Of a stretch of DNA of 64,000 nucleotides, positions 63,220 to 64,000 are shown in pieces; position 1 is the stretch's first letter; every line of letters begins with the position of its first letter. Where the stretch lies: NCBI RefSeq assembly GCF_001194135.2, contig NC_068998.1, positions 2,393,548 through 2,457,547 of the forward strand, written 5' to 3'. A program made the translations under genes and the position numbers. Origin of the DNA: Octopus bimaculoides. Taxonomy: Eukaryota. The notes under the pieces were generated by a model that worked only from the letters and a program-made list of their open reading frames with translations, did no database searches and was not told the origin of the DNA.

Positions 63220-63714
63220 ACTGGAAATGGTACCTGCAGGAGCTGATGGAATGGCAAATGAAGAAGATATGGAGACCTACCGATTCTGTCCCCCAACATT
63301 GAACATTCTCTCTTTCTCTATCTCTCTATATATAAAAGCATAAATGGGAAGATAGAATTTCATGCATCTGTGTGTGTATATACATATTCATGAAATAAAA
63401 TTATTACATTCTGTGGTCAAATGCATGGAATATGTTTTTCTGATGCGAGCTAACTTCATGACTGAGAATGCCTCAAGTGTCTTGTCTCTGTCTCCGTCTT
63501 TGTCCATCTGTGTACGTACATAAATGACCAGTGTCAAGACAAAACTCTAGAATAAGAAATTACCTTCTTGGATATAGGCATGTGTGTATGTATATATGGA
63601 TATAAACGATGATGATATACAAACACACGTGTGCGCATGCTCATTAGCTGTGCACACATACATACGTACACATGTACACATATATCCAAAAGTATGCATG
63701 CATAAATTGATGTA

Positions 63715-64000
63715 TTACAAATCCATCGGAGCATACTTGCTTCGCTTCTTGCATGCTTACGCATGTCCTCAGCAGTCACGGCCCATGTTTCACTTCCTGG
63801 GCCTACCTCTTCCACGGGTTCCCTCAACTGTTAGGGTGTGGCACTTTTTCACGCAGCTATCCTCCTCCATTCTCACCACATGTCCATACCAGCACAATCG
63901 TCTCTCTTGCACGCCACAACTGATGCTTCTAATGTTCAGCTTTTCTCTCAAGATACTTACACTCTGACGGGTATTCACATTGACATTACACATCCAACGG
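63715..64000 (-). mobile_element. RTE-clade LINE fragment, rearranged, continuing past the window edge
   Basis: LREKLNIRSISCGVQERRLCWYGHVVRM...GRGRPRK followed by SETWAVTAEDM. Confidence 0.85.

Overview
AT-rich, microsatellite-dense eukaryotic DNA with many assembly gaps. The SINE/RTE families suggest an octopod cephalopod (inference). Three spliced + strand genes were rebuilt by hand with consistent GT-AG phases: (1) the last 10 coding exons of a RalGDS/RGL-family Ral GEF (3061-18738); (2) a complete 6-exon ADP-dependent glucokinase, ADPGK (27767-39478, 506 aa); (3) a secreted PAN/apple-domain protein gene (56708-63219). Gene 3 appears to carry a ~1 kb in-frame, phase-2/phase-2 exon of Asn-rich and Lys/Asp/Glu/Gly/Cys repeats inserted into its C-terminal domain. 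Between ADPGK and gene 3 (about 44.6-52.6 kb) lies a cluster of decayed elements, all on the minus strand: a LINE ORF1-like piece, a Tc1 transposase N-terminus, an RLE-type LINE 3' end, a hAT transposase and an endogenous parvovirus/densovirus NS1 (SF3 helicase) fossil bracketed by a ~260 bp direct repeat. All calls come from reading motifs by eye; no database searches were run.
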